Source: Steroidobacteraceae bacterium (GTDB lineage: Bacteria > Pseudomonadota > Gammaproteobacteria > Steroidobacterales > Steroidobacteraceae). From it: DNA of 64,000 bases. Below, one piece after another: positions 9,951 to 19,096 of this stretch (positions within the stretch are counted from its first letter, which is position 1; each line of letters begins with the position of its first letter). The notes under the pieces were generated by a model. The model did not search any database. It was not told the DNA's origin and was given only the letters and a program-made list of their open reading frames with translations. Location: NCBI GenBank assembly GCA_036499585.1, contig DASYDM010000004.1, forward strand, positions 264,361 through 328,360, read 5' to 3'. The translations under genes and the position numbers were made by a program.

Positions 9951-11372
9951 GTGGCTCAGAAAGGCAGGCCGGCTGCAGGGGGGCGGCCCTCGCGATGGGC
10001 GCCGGGCGCCACGACTCTCGCGGACGCCGCCCGAGCACTGAGCACCATCGTCTTCGACGGTCGGTCTTCAGATGAAGCTCTCGCGCCCTTCGAGAGCGCC
10101 GCTGATAGATCGGCTGTGCGTGCCGTCGCGCTCGGGTCAGTGCGCTGGTATCTGCGCCTCGCTCCTGTCATCGAGTCGCTGTTGAGTCATCCGAAGGGCG
10201 TGGCGAACGAAGTTCGCTGCCTGTTGGTCGTTGCGGCCCACCAGGTCGAGTACTCCCGAAACGCTCCGCAGCCAACGGTGCACGCCGCTGTGGACGCAAC
10301 GCGAGCACTCAAGCATCCCGGTGCAGCCGGCCTGGTGAACGCAGTGCTGCGGCGCTTTGTTGCGAACCACCGAGCGCTCCTTGATGAAGCCGACGCCAGC
10401 GTCTCCATCAGAACCGCGCATCCCGCCTGGCTGATCGAGGCGATCGAGGCGGCCTGGCCTGAGCAGGCCGAGTCCATTTTCCAGGCGAACAATGCCCACC
10501 CCCCGATGGTGTTACGGGTCGATCGCTCGCGCGGCAGCGTCAGCGACTACCTCGCGGAGCTGGCGGCCGCCGGCATGGCCGGCCATGCGCTCGAATGGGC
10601 GGGTTCGGCGGTGCGCTTGGACAAGCCGGTGCCGCTCGCCTCATTGCCAGGCTTTGCCGAAGGTCGGGTATCCGTCCAGGATGCCGGAGCTCAACTGGCG
10701 CCCAAACTGCTCGATGTCCGGCCCGGCATGCGAGTGTTGGATGCCTGCGCGGCTCCCGGTGGAAAGACCGGTCACATCCTCGAGTCGGTGGACGGGCCGG
10801 TCGATCTGGTCGCCGTCGACATCGATGCCGGACGGGCGGGGCGCATCCGCGAAAACCTCGAGCGTCTGCGCCGCAGTGCGCAAGTTCTCGTGGGGGATCT
10901 GCGGGACCCCGGCTCCTTCTGGGACGGAAAGCCTTTCGACCGGATCCTGGTCGACGCCCCCTGTTCATCCACGGGGGTCATTCGCCGGCACCCGGATATC
11001 AAGCTCCTCCGGTGGCCCCGGGATGTGGGCTCGTTCGCCCGCACGCAGGGGGAAATCCTCGCGGCGGCCTTCAGCATGCTCGCTCCGGGGGGCCGCCTGG
11101 TTTATTGCACCTGCTCAGTCCTGCCGGCGGAAAACGAGGCCGTGGTGAACGCCTTTCTGGCCGCGCAGGCTGCACAGCCCTTGCAGGGTGCACCGCCCCG
11201 CCAGGGCACCGCCCGTGCTGTTCAGCTTGCGCCGGCGGCCGAGCTGGCCCCCGGGGCCTGTGCAGGCTGCAAGGCCCTGGAACGCCACCCCGGGCTGCAG
11301 TTGCTGCCGACAGAGGCAGGCGCCGACGGCTTCTATTATGCTTGTCTCGAAAAGACAACGGCCCCAATCTGA
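9951..11372 (+). CDS. rsmB: 16S rRNA (cytosine967-C5)-methyltransferase RsmB/Sun
   Basis: NusB-like N-terminal domain plus a SAM methyltransferase core (VLDACAAPGGKT, ILVDAPCSSTGVIRRHPD, YCTCS). def-fmt-rsmB synteny. Confidence 0.9.
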   Translation: MAQKGRPAAGGRPSRWAPGATTLADAARALSTIVFDGRSSDEALAPFESAADRSAVRAVALGSVRWYLRLAPVIESLLSHPKGVANEVRCLLVVAAHQVEYSRNAPQPTVHAAVDATRALKHPGAAGLVNAVLRRFVANHRALLDEADASVSIRTAHPAWLIEAIEAAWPEQAESIFQANNAHPPMVLRVDRSRGSVSDYLAELAAAGMAGHALEWAGSAVRLDKPVPLASLPGFAEGRVSVQDAGAQLAPKLLDVRPGMRVLDACAAPGGKTGHILESVDGPVDLVAVDIDAGRAGRIRENLERLRRSAQVLVGDLRDPGSFWDGKPFDRILVDAPCSSTGVIRRHPDIKLLRWPRDVGSFARTQGEILAAAFSMLAPGGRLVYCTCSVLPAENEAVVNAFLAAQAAQPLQGAPPRQGTARAVQLAPAAELAPGACAGCKALERHPGLQLLPTEAGADGFYYACLEKTTAPI

Positions 11373-11417
11373 TCGGGCGCTGGCAGCTTAGTTTTGAACG
11401 CACTTTCCGTTGCATCG

Positions 11418-12020
11418 ATGCTACGACACGCACCGCGCAGCCTGCACAACAGGCTGAATCGCGGGGCGTATCGTTGCCTTCTCGGACTTGCACTCGCGCT
11501 GTGCTGTGCGCTCGCGTTGGCCGACGCTTTAGACGGTGTGCTGGAGGTGCGGTCTGCCTACGTGAACATCGACAATGGAGTGTTCCTGCTGCACGCCCGA
11601 GTGGAGTACCCGGTAAATCCCGCCATTCGAGACGCCTTGCGCGAAGGGGTCACGCTGACGTTTGATCTCGATACGCGCGTGGATCGCGAGCGTCGATTCT
11701 GGGTTAACGCCTCGATCGTCGATCTCACGTTGAGGCGCGAACTCGCATACCACGCGGTGAGTGATCGATACGTAGTTCGTGATGTCCGAAGTGGTGAGCA
11801 GGTAAGTTTCCCCACGCTGGAGGAAGCGTTGGAGCATCTCGGCAAGATTGATAGCTGGCCGATTCTCGTCGAGCCCCAACTCGACGGTGGGAACTATATT
11901 GTCAGCGTTCGGGCCGGCGTACGCCGCGGCAAGTTGCCCGCCTCGCTACGCGCGCTCCTGTTCTGGACGGACGACTGGCATCGCGAGAGTGAGTGGTATT
12001 CATGGGCTCTGCCGGTGTAA
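11418..12020 (+). CDS. DUF4390-like exported protein
   Basis: Signal peptide (LLGLALALCCALALADA). As I recall, the position between rsmB and an NtrY-like kinase is typical of the DUF4390 family. The start is ambiguous (TTG 11394 or ATG 11418). Confidence 0.55.
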   Translation: MLRHAPRSLHNRLNRGAYRCLLGLALALCCALALADALDGVLEVRSAYVNIDNGVFLLHARVEYPVNPAIRDALREGVTLTFDLDTRVDRERRFWVNASIVDLTLRRELAYHAVSDRYVVRDVRSGEQVSFPTLEEALEHLGKIDSWPILVEPQLDGGNYIVSVRAGVRRGKLPASLRALLFWTDDWHRESEWYSWALPV

Positions 12021-14275
12021 CCCCCGAACCTCGCTCGCGAAGCCGCTTCGCTGCGGTTTCGTTGCTCGTTCTGTGGTCGGCGGTCGGTGCCGGATCGCTG
12101 GTGTTGCTGGCCAAGAGTGTGCAGAACTCCTCGGACTTTGGCCGGCTGCAGCCTTGGGTACTGTTGATAAATATCGTGGGTGTCATCGCGCTCACGATTC
12201 TCCTCGCGCGCAAACTGTGGCAGCTCGTGCGTGAGTACCGTGACCACAAGCCAGGGTCGCGCCTCACGGCTCGGACAGTGGCCATCTTCGGTGTGTTGGT
12301 CATCGCGCCGCTACTCATTGTCTACAGCTTCTCTCTCGAGTTCCTGAATCGCGGCATTGATAGCTGGTTTCGGGATGAGATCCGGCAGGGGCTCGACAAC
12401 GCGTTGGATGCTTCGCGCAAGGCTCTCGATCTGAGCAAGAAGGAATACTCGGGAAGGACCGAGATCCTGGCGAACGTGATTGCCAAAACCCCGCCCGGCG
12501 AGATCCAGCAGCGTCTGGACGAAGAGCGTCGGGCCTTCGGCAGCAGCGAGATCGTGTTGTTCGGCGAGCACGAGCGAATGATCGCGGCCAGTCTCGACAA
12601 TCCGCTCGAGACCACCCCGTCGCGGCCGCCCTCCGATCTGGTGCGTCAGATCAGCCAGCATCGTCCCTATGTGAGTCTCGAACCGCTGGCGGATGGCGGA
12701 TTTCTGATCCGGACCGCGTCGCCTTTGTCTGACGCCGTGCACCTGTCCGATTCGCAGGCCGAATCAGACGGTCGCTACATCGTAGCGATCTACCCCGTGC
12801 CGGCGCAGATCGCTGCGCTGTCCGAAGCGGTGCAGCGCCTGTATTCACAATATGGAGACCTGGCCGCGTGGCGTGAGCCATTGAAGGCCAGCTTCCGCGT
12901 AACGCTGACTCTGGTTCTCTTGCTGGCCATGCTTGCTGCGATTTACGGGGCGATCTTCTCCGCGCAGAGACTGGTTCGCCCCGTCCAGGATCTCATTGAA
13001 GGAACACGCGCCGTCGGCAAAGGCGATTTCGGCACACGCCTCCCTTTGCCCTCGCGCGATGAAATGGGATTCCTGGTGCACTCGTTCAATGACATGACGA
13101 AGCGCCTCCGCAGGGCGCACGAAGAGACGACCCGCAGCCAGGAAGCCGTGGAGCGCGAACGCCAGCGTCTCGCGATCATTCTCGCGAGGCTGTCTACCGG
13201 TGTGGTCGCTATCGACGGCACGCTCACGGTGCGCATGGCCAACGCCGCCGCCGGCGCAATTCTGGGCACAGATCTGACGAGCGCTGCCGGTCGTTCCCTG
13301 CCTGAGCTCGCGGCACACAACGAGCGCCTCGGACAGTTCGTGGCCGCTATTGCAGTCCGGTTTGCAGCCGGACGCGAAGAGTGGCGTGAGCAGCTCGATC
13401 TTGATGCAGAAGCTGGGCGCCGCACACTCATGTGTGCGTGCACGCCGCTGCCCTGGGAAGACAGCGGCATGGGGTATGTCATCGTGTTCGATGACATCAC
13501 CGCGCTGCTGCAGGCGCAACGTGATGCCGCGTGGGGCGAAGTTGCACGCCGTCTGGCACATGAGATCAAGAATCCATTGACGCCGATCCAACTCTCTGCC
13601 GAGCGGATGCGACGGAAGTTCCTGGCCAGCATGAGTCCCAAGGACGCCGAGATACTCGAGCGAGCGACGCATACAATCGTGTCGCAAGTTGAAGCGATGC
13701 AGCAGATGGTGAACGCTTTCAGCGAGTACGCGCGCGCTCCCGAGATGAAGATCACGCGCTTCAGTCTCAACCAGGTCATTACCGAGGTCGCTGACCTCTA
13801 TCGGTCACAGGACCCGCGCGCGACGATCCGGCTCGAGCTCGACGAGGCCCTCGAAACCATCGAAGCCGACCGCGGCCGCGTGCGGCAGATCCTCAACAAT
13901 CTGGTCACAAATGCGCTGGAAGCTCTGGACGGGGTGGCTTCGCCGGTCCTCGAGATCGCCACTCGGAACGAGTACGGCGGGGACGATGCTGTCTACGCGG
14001 TGGTGACCGTGTGTGACAATGGTCCGGGATTTCAACGCGAGCTTTTGGGGCGCGTATTCGATCCGTATGTGACGAGTAAGCCGAAGGGAACGGGCCTGGG
14101 ACTCGCCATCGTCAAGAAGATCGTCGAGGAGCACGGCGGGCGCATAGATGCAGACAATCGGCCGGAAGGCGGAGCACGCATACGTGTCGTCCTTCCGGTC
14201 AAAGACAGCACGAGATCGGCAACCGGCACTGCGCGTGAGCGCAGCAGTCAGCCGTTGCGGAGGGAAAGGGCATGA
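12002..14275 (+). CDS. NtrY-like membrane sensor histidine kinase (TM-HAMP-PAS-HisKA-HATPase)
   Basis: N-terminal TM segments, HAMP ([18 protein letters not shown]), H-box [17 protein letters not shown] boxes ([33 protein letters not shown]). The start could also be the GTG at 11993. Confidence 0.8.
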   Translation: MGSAGVTPEPRSRSRFAAVSLLVLWSAVGAGSLVLLAKSVQNSSDFGRLQPWVLLINIVGVIALTILLARKLWQLVREYRDHKPGSRLTARTVAIFGVLVIAPLLIVYSFSLEFLNRGIDSWFRDEIRQGLDNALDASRKALDLSKKEYSGRTEILANVIAKTPPGEIQQRLDEERRAFGSSEIVLFGEHERMIAASLDNPLETTPSRPPSDLVRQISQHRPYVSLEPLADGGFLIRTASPLSDAVHLSDSQAESDGRYIVAIYPVPAQIAALSEAVQRLYSQYGDLAAWREPLKASFRVTLTLVLLLAMLAAIYGAIFSAQRLVRPVQDLIEGTRAVGKGDFGTRLPLPSRDEMGFLVHSFNDMTKRLRRAHEETTRSQEAVERERQRLAIILARLSTGVVAIDGTLTVRMANAAAGAILGTDLTSAAGRSLPELAAHNERLGQFVAAIAVRFAAGREEWREQLDLDAEAGRRTLMCACTPLPWEDSGMGYVIVFDDITALLQAQRDAAWGEVARRLAHEIKNPLTPIQLSAERMRRKFLASMSPKDAEILERATHTIVSQVEAMQQMVNAFSEYARAPEMKITRFSLNQVITEVADLYRSQDPRATIRLELDEALETIEADRGRVRQILNNLVTNALEALDGVASPVLEIATRNEYGGDDAVYAVVTVCDNGPGFQRELLGRVFDPYVTSKPKGTGLGLAIVKKIVEEHGGRIDADNRPEGGARIRVVLPVKDSTRSATGTARERSSQPLRRERA

Positions 14276-15639
14276 GTGGTCCACACATCCTGGTAGTCGA
14301 CGACGAGGCGGACATCCGCGGCCTCCTGAAGGAAATTCTTTCCGAGGAAGGTTACGAAGTGGACGTGGCTGCCAACGCTGCCCAGGCACGCGCCTCGCGG
14401 GCTCGGCAAACGCCCGACCTGGTGTTGCTCGATATCTGGATGCCAGACGTGGATGGCATCAGCCTGCTGCGCGAATGGTCTGCGACAGCTTCGGACGGCT
14501 GTCCCGTCGTCATGATGTCGGGCCACGGCACGGTTGAGACCGCCGTCGAAGCGACTCGCCTCGGGGCATTCGATTTCGTCGAGAAGCCGTTGTCGCTGGC
14601 CAAGCTTTTGCGCACGGTCGAGCGTGCACTGGATGCGGGCAAACGACGCCGCCAGACCGGCAAGCTGCTCGTGCCACCGCTCATGGTGCCGGTCGGCAAG
14701 AGCAAGCTCATGCAGCAGCTGCGGGCCGAACTGCAGCAGATTGCCTCGAATCCTTCCTCGGTGCTGTTGGTAGGCGAGCCGGGTTCGGGACGCGAGGCGT
14801 TCGCGCGCTACCTGCACGAGCGCGGGCCGAGAGCCGGTCGTCCGTTCTTCAATCTCATCGCGAGCAGTCTGCGGGAAGCCGACGCGGAAGCACGCCTCTT
14901 CGGCCAGGAGGAACCCAGCGGCACGCATCGGATGGGTGTTCTCGAAGAAGCCGGCGACGGCACTCTGTTTCTTCACGAGATCGAGGATCTTCCCGCGACG
15001 GCGCAGCGGCTTCTGGTCGGCGTCCTGGAGTCAGGTCGCTTCACCAGGCTCGGGGGAAGCGAGTCGATCAACTTCGCCGCTCGGGTGTTGTCTTCTGCGC
15101 AGCCCGGAATCGAGAACCGCGCGGGCACTGATGGGATGCGACGCGATCTGCTCGCGCACCTGAACATGCTGATCGTTCGTGTTCCGCCACTTCGCGACTA
15201 TGCGGAGGACGTTCCCGAGTTGCTTCGTCACTACGTCGATCGGGTCGTCGACTCGGAGGGACTGCCGTTCCGCCGCTTCAGCGTCGCCGCGCAGAACCGG
15301 TTACGCAACTACCCTTGGCCCGACAACGTCCGCGAATTGAAGAACCTGGTGCATCGCCTGCTCATACAGGGCGGCCCGGAGGAGATCCGCCTCGAGGAAA
15401 TCGAGCGTGAGCTTGCCGTGCAGACGCCTCCGGGGGAGCCATTGGTGAAGCAGGATCTTCTGGCGCTACCGTTGCGCGAAGCGCGGGAGCAGTTCGAGCG
15501 GGCCTATCTGCAGCAGCAGCTTCTTCTGTGCAACGGCAAGGTCGGGCAACTGGCCAAGCGCGTCGGGATGGAGCGCACCCATCTGTACCGTAAGCTTCGC
15601 TCTCTCGGAGTCGACTTCCGTAACATCAGCGACGACTAG
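14272..15639 (+). CDS. NtrX-like response regulator (REC, degenerate AAA+ domain, Fis-type HTH)
   Basis: REC (ILVVDDE...DLVLLDIWMPDVDG...FVEKP), a central AAA+-like domain, and a C-terminal HTH (LAKRVGMERTHLYRKLRSLGV). There is a 4-nt overlap with the upstream kinase. Confidence 0.8.
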   Translation: MSGPHILVVDDEADIRGLLKEILSEEGYEVDVAANAAQARASRARQTPDLVLLDIWMPDVDGISLLREWSATASDGCPVVMMSGHGTVETAVEATRLGAFDFVEKPLSLAKLLRTVERALDAGKRRRQTGKLLVPPLMVPVGKSKLMQQLRAELQQIASNPSSVLLVGEPGSGREAFARYLHERGPRAGRPFFNLIASSLREADAEARLFGQEEPSGTHRMGVLEEAGDGTLFLHEIEDLPATAQRLLVGVLESGRFTRLGGSESINFAARVLSSAQPGIENRAGTDGMRRDLLAHLNMLIVRVPPLRDYAEDVPELLRHYVDRVVDSEGLPFRRFSVAAQNRLRNYPWPDNVRELKNLVHRLLIQGGPEEIRLEEIERELAVQTPPGEPLVKQDLLALPLREAREQFERAYLQQQLLLCNGKVGQLAKRVGMERTHLYRKLRSLGVDFRNISDD

Positions 15640-15889
15640 TTTGATTGGCAAAGGCGCGGCTTTTGGCGCTTGCCCAGCGCGGCGTCCACGCCGTGGCCGA
15701 TCCCGCGTGTTTTTCTCAGCCGCGCTGAGATAACCCCACCTCTGACGCCAGTGTCCCTGGGTGAAAGCACAACCGGAAGTCTCCGGCACGGGTCGGGCTG
15801 CCTGCCGTTTGCGGAAACGTCGGGCGGCTCCGTTCCGCTGCGCCGGTCCCCTCGTATGAAACGAAGAACAATCGAGCGATGAGGCTCTC

Positions 15890-18538
15890 TTGCAACAGGG
15901 CCTGCGTGTACTGATCGTTGCAGAAATCGCCGCCGAGGCGGATCTGATCGCGAGGCGACTGATCGGCGGCGGGATTCGCTGCGTTCACCAACACGTCGAC
16001 AACGAGTCCGAGTTCAGGGCGGCACTGTCCAGGTTCCGGCCGCACCTGATCCTTTCCGATTTCCACCTCGCCACCACGGGTTTCGATGGCCTCACCGCAG
16101 TGGACATCGCGTTCGCTGAGCTGCCCGATGCGCCATTCATCTTTTTCAGTTCCGCGGCCGGTGAGGAGCGCGCGATCCAGGCCGTGCGCCGTGGTGCGGT
16201 GGACTATGTCCTGAAGAGCAATCCCGCGCGGCTCGTGCCGGCCGTCCAGAGAGCATTGCGTGAGGTGAGCGAGCGGATCCGACGGCGCAGCGCGGAGCGT
16301 CAGATCCGGGAGAGCGAGCAGCGGCTACGCGACATCGTCGATACCGTTCAGGACTGGATCTGGGAGTTCGGGGCCGACGGGCACTATCTCTTTTCCAGTG
16401 AGTCGATTCGCAGCGTTCTCGGGATGTCTGTCGATGAGATTCTGGGCACCTCGTTCGAAGCTCTCATTCACCCGGACGATCGCCACAGGTTCGTTCGCGC
16501 ACTGAAACACCTGACAGTGCGCAATCGCACTATTTCCGGCGTCTCGAGCCGATGGAAGCATGCGGACGGCGAGTACCGTTGGCTCGAGGGCAATCTCCTC
16601 GCCCTGATTGGTCGGGATGGCATCGTCACCGGCTATCGCGGCACACACCGTGATGTCACGGAACGCAAGCAACAGCAAGAGCGAATCGCTCGACTCACGC
16701 GTAAGTTGCAGCTGCAAAGCGCCGTCAACGCCGTAGTCGTGCGCGTCACCGATCGCGACCAGCTATTGCGCGAAGCCTGCAGGCTGGCCGTACAGGTCGG
16801 TGGTTACGAGTTCGCCGTGCTCTCGCTTGTCTCGCAGGACGGGAAACACGCGCAACCGTGGTATTGGTTGGGCGGCCCTCAGGATAACGACATCGGGAAG
16901 CTCCAGTTTCCGATCAGTAACGGCGCCGACCCCGACTCGAGCCTGTTGGGCCGGGCGCTGCGTCTGGGTGAGATCACCTACTGTGCGGACCTCGAGAAGA
17001 GCGAGCCCGCGGTCGCGAATCGTGGCGACTGGATCGCCGCCGGCTACAAATCCATCGTCGCCCTGCCGTTGATCGTCGACGGCGGGCGCCTCGGTGTGTT
17101 GACGCTGGCGTCACGTGAAAGCGGTGTGTTGGGCGATGAGGAGCTGCTGCTCCTGCAGGACATCATGGCGAGTCTGTCCTTCGCGCTGCAGTACCGCCAA
17201 CACGAGGAAGCCGCTCAGCTTCTGGCCTACTTCGATCCGTTGACGGGGTTGGCGAAGCGTACCCTGTTCTGCGAGCGGCTCGATACGCTGTTGCGTTCGC
17301 GAACCGTCCCGGAAGGCGGGCCGACCGTGGTGGCCTTCGACGTCATGCACCTGAGCAACGTCAACAACAGCTTCGGGCGCCATGTTGGCGATCTGCTGCT
17401 GCAGCGCGTCGCCGATAGACTCAAGCATCAGTTCGAGGATGACGAGCGCCTCGGTTATGCCGGTGGCGGCACGTTCGTGTTCGGGCTGCCGGAGACTCAA
17501 ACGACCGCCGAGAGCGTCACCGCTCTCCTCGAAGGCACCGTCTTCAATGAGGCCTTTCATATCGAAGGCCGGGACATCCGCGCTTCGTTCAAGACGGGTT
17601 TCGCGCGCTATCCCGTGGATGGTGACGATGGCAACACCCTCGTCCAGCGTGCCGAGGCGGCGTTGAAGCAGGCCAAGGAGTCCGGCGAGCAATACCTGCA
17701 CTATCAGATTCAGATGCACAGCGCAGTGGCCGAGCGACTCGCCCTCGAGCATCGGCTGCGCGTTGCGCTCGACGAGCGGCAGTTCCTGTTGCACTACCAA
17801 CCCCAAGTCAACATCTCGACTGGACGCGTGGAGAGTGTCGAGGCCTTGCTGCGCTGGATGGACCCCGAACAGGGCCTGGTCCATCCGGCGCAGTTTCTTC
17901 CAGTCCTCGAATCCTCCGGCATGATCGTGGCCGTGGGCGAGTGGGTGCTGCAGAAGGCCGTCGAGGATTGCGTCCGCTGGCGTGCCACCGGCCTCGGCCC
18001 TGTGCGCATTGCCGTGAACGTTTCCGTTCAGCAGATTCGCCGCCGCGTGTTCGTCGACCACTTCCTCGCGGCTGCGCATCGCTGCGCCGGCGATGGCTAT
18101 GGCTTGGACCTCGAGATCACCGAGACCGGGCTGTTGCTCGATGTCGAGGGCGCAGGCCGCAAGCTGCGCGAGCTGCGCTCGGCGGGAATGCGGATCGCCA
18201 TCGACGACTTCGGCACCGGCTACTCTTCACTGGGACTGTTGTCGCAACTTCCCGTGGATCTGCTGAAGATCGATCGCTCCTTCATCAGCGGTCTGCCCAA
18301 CGACTCGGCGAGCGTCACGCTGGTCTCGAGCATCATCGGACTGGCCTCGGCGTTCAATCTCACGACCGTGGCCGAAGGAGTGGAGACGGATGAGCAGCTC
18401 GAGTTGCTGCGGCGGTTACGATGCGATCAGTCGCAGGGGTACCTGCACTCGCGGCCCGTGGGTGGCAAGGACATCGAAAAGCTGCTTGCCTCAATCCCCT
18501 ACCCGGATCACCAGCGCGTCCACGTCCGCCGCCTGTAG
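15890..18538 (+). CDS. REC-PAS-GAF-GGDEF(degenerate)-EAL signalling protein, probable c-di-GMP phosphodiesterase
   Basis: 882 aa with a TTG start. EAL-domain motifs are intact (VEALLRW, LEITE, IAIDDFGTGYSSL, LKIDRSF, AEGVET, QGY). The GGDEF position reads YAGGGTF. Confidence 0.85.
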   Translation: MQQGLRVLIVAEIAAEADLIARRLIGGGIRCVHQHVDNESEFRAALSRFRPHLILSDFHLATTGFDGLTAVDIAFAELPDAPFIFFSSAAGEERAIQAVRRGAVDYVLKSNPARLVPAVQRALREVSERIRRRSAERQIRESEQRLRDIVDTVQDWIWEFGADGHYLFSSESIRSVLGMSVDEILGTSFEALIHPDDRHRFVRALKHLTVRNRTISGVSSRWKHADGEYRWLEGNLLALIGRDGIVTGYRGTHRDVTERKQQQERIARLTRKLQLQSAVNAVVVRVTDRDQLLREACRLAVQVGGYEFAVLSLVSQDGKHAQPWYWLGGPQDNDIGKLQFPISNGADPDSSLLGRALRLGEITYCADLEKSEPAVANRGDWIAAGYKSIVALPLIVDGGRLGVLTLASRESGVLGDEELLLLQDIMASLSFALQYRQHEEAAQLLAYFDPLTGLAKRTLFCERLDTLLRSRTVPEGGPTVVAFDVMHLSNVNNSFGRHVGDLLLQRVADRLKHQFEDDERLGYAGGGTFVFGLPETQTTAESVTALLEGTVFNEAFHIEGRDIRASFKTGFARYPVDGDDGNTLVQRAEAALKQAKESGEQYLHYQIQMHSAVAERLALEHRLRVALDERQFLLHYQPQVNISTGRVESVEALLRWMDPEQGLVHPAQFLPVLESSGMIVAVGEWVLQKAVEDCVRWRATGLGPVRIAVNVSVQQIRRRVFVDHFLAAAHRCAGDGYGLDLEITETGLLLDVEGAGRKLRELRSAGMRIAIDDFGTGYSSLGLLSQLPVDLLKIDRSFISGLPNDSASVTLVSSIIGLASAFNLTTVAEGVETDEQLELLRRLRCDQSQGYLHSRPVGGKDIEKLLASIPYPDHQRVHVRRL

Positions 18539-19066
18539 CTGCTTGCGCAGCTTGTTCAGCTCTTCCAGCTTCGTGACGGGCCCGATCCGCACGCGGTGCC
18601 AGACGTCGGCGTCTACCGCCACGCGCTGAACCTTGGCATCGATACCCTGCCGTGCCAGTTGATCCCGGACACGCTCGGCGTCCGCCTGGTTCCGATACGA
18701 CCCCGCCTGCAGCACGTAGACGCCCGGGCGCTCCACGGGGGCGGTCGCCGGGAGGTTGCGCTTGACGTCCTTGTCCTTTTCCGGGACCACCACCTCGAAG
18801 TTCGGCAGCATCTCGTAGAAGTCGTACTTCTCGCTCCGCACGGCAGGCTGCGGCTCGGAGTCGGCGGTGGCCGGCGCCGCGCGATGTGGATCGGGGCGTG
18901 GCTTCTCGGGCTCGTGAGTCGCGCTGACCTTGCTCCCCATGTAGAGGAACAGCACGCTGGCCGCAACGACGCCGACGACTGCCCCGATCCCATATTCCTT
19001 CAGCTTCCCCGCGCTCAGGGGGCGTCGGTTGGCACTCTTGTAGTCGCGCGCGCTGATTCTGGCCAT
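18491..19066 (-). CDS. SPOR-domain septal peptidoglycan-binding protein (FtsN/DedD-like)
   Basis: N-terminal TM segment (GAVVGVVAASVLFLYM), a Pro-rich linker, and a C-terminal SPOR domain (YVLQAGSYRNQADAERVRDQLARQGIDAKV...WHRVRIGP). Lies downstream of argS as in many proteobacteria. Confidence 0.8.
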   Translation of the reverse strand: MARISARDYKSANRRPLSAGKLKEYGIGAVVGVVAASVLFLYMGSKVSATHEPEKPRPDPHRAAPATADSEPQPAVRSEKYDFYEMLPNFEVVVPEKDKDVKRNLPATAPVERPGVYVLQAGSYRNQADAERVRDQLARQGIDAKVQRVAVDADVWHRVRIGPVTKLEELNKLRKQLQAADVDALVIRVGD

Positions 19067-19096
19067 GGGCTGGCGTCAGTCCTCTCTATTCACTTC

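Noticed and set aside
15640-15685. Possible fifth, degenerate copy of the stop-adjacent element after the NtrX-like gene (TAG TTTGATTGGCAAAGGCGCGGCTTTTGGCGCTTGCC)
   Set aside because: It shares only the ATTGGCAAA start and a generic imperfect hairpin. The GACATCAGCT and GCGTGGTTTTTG blocks are absent. It is too diverged to call.
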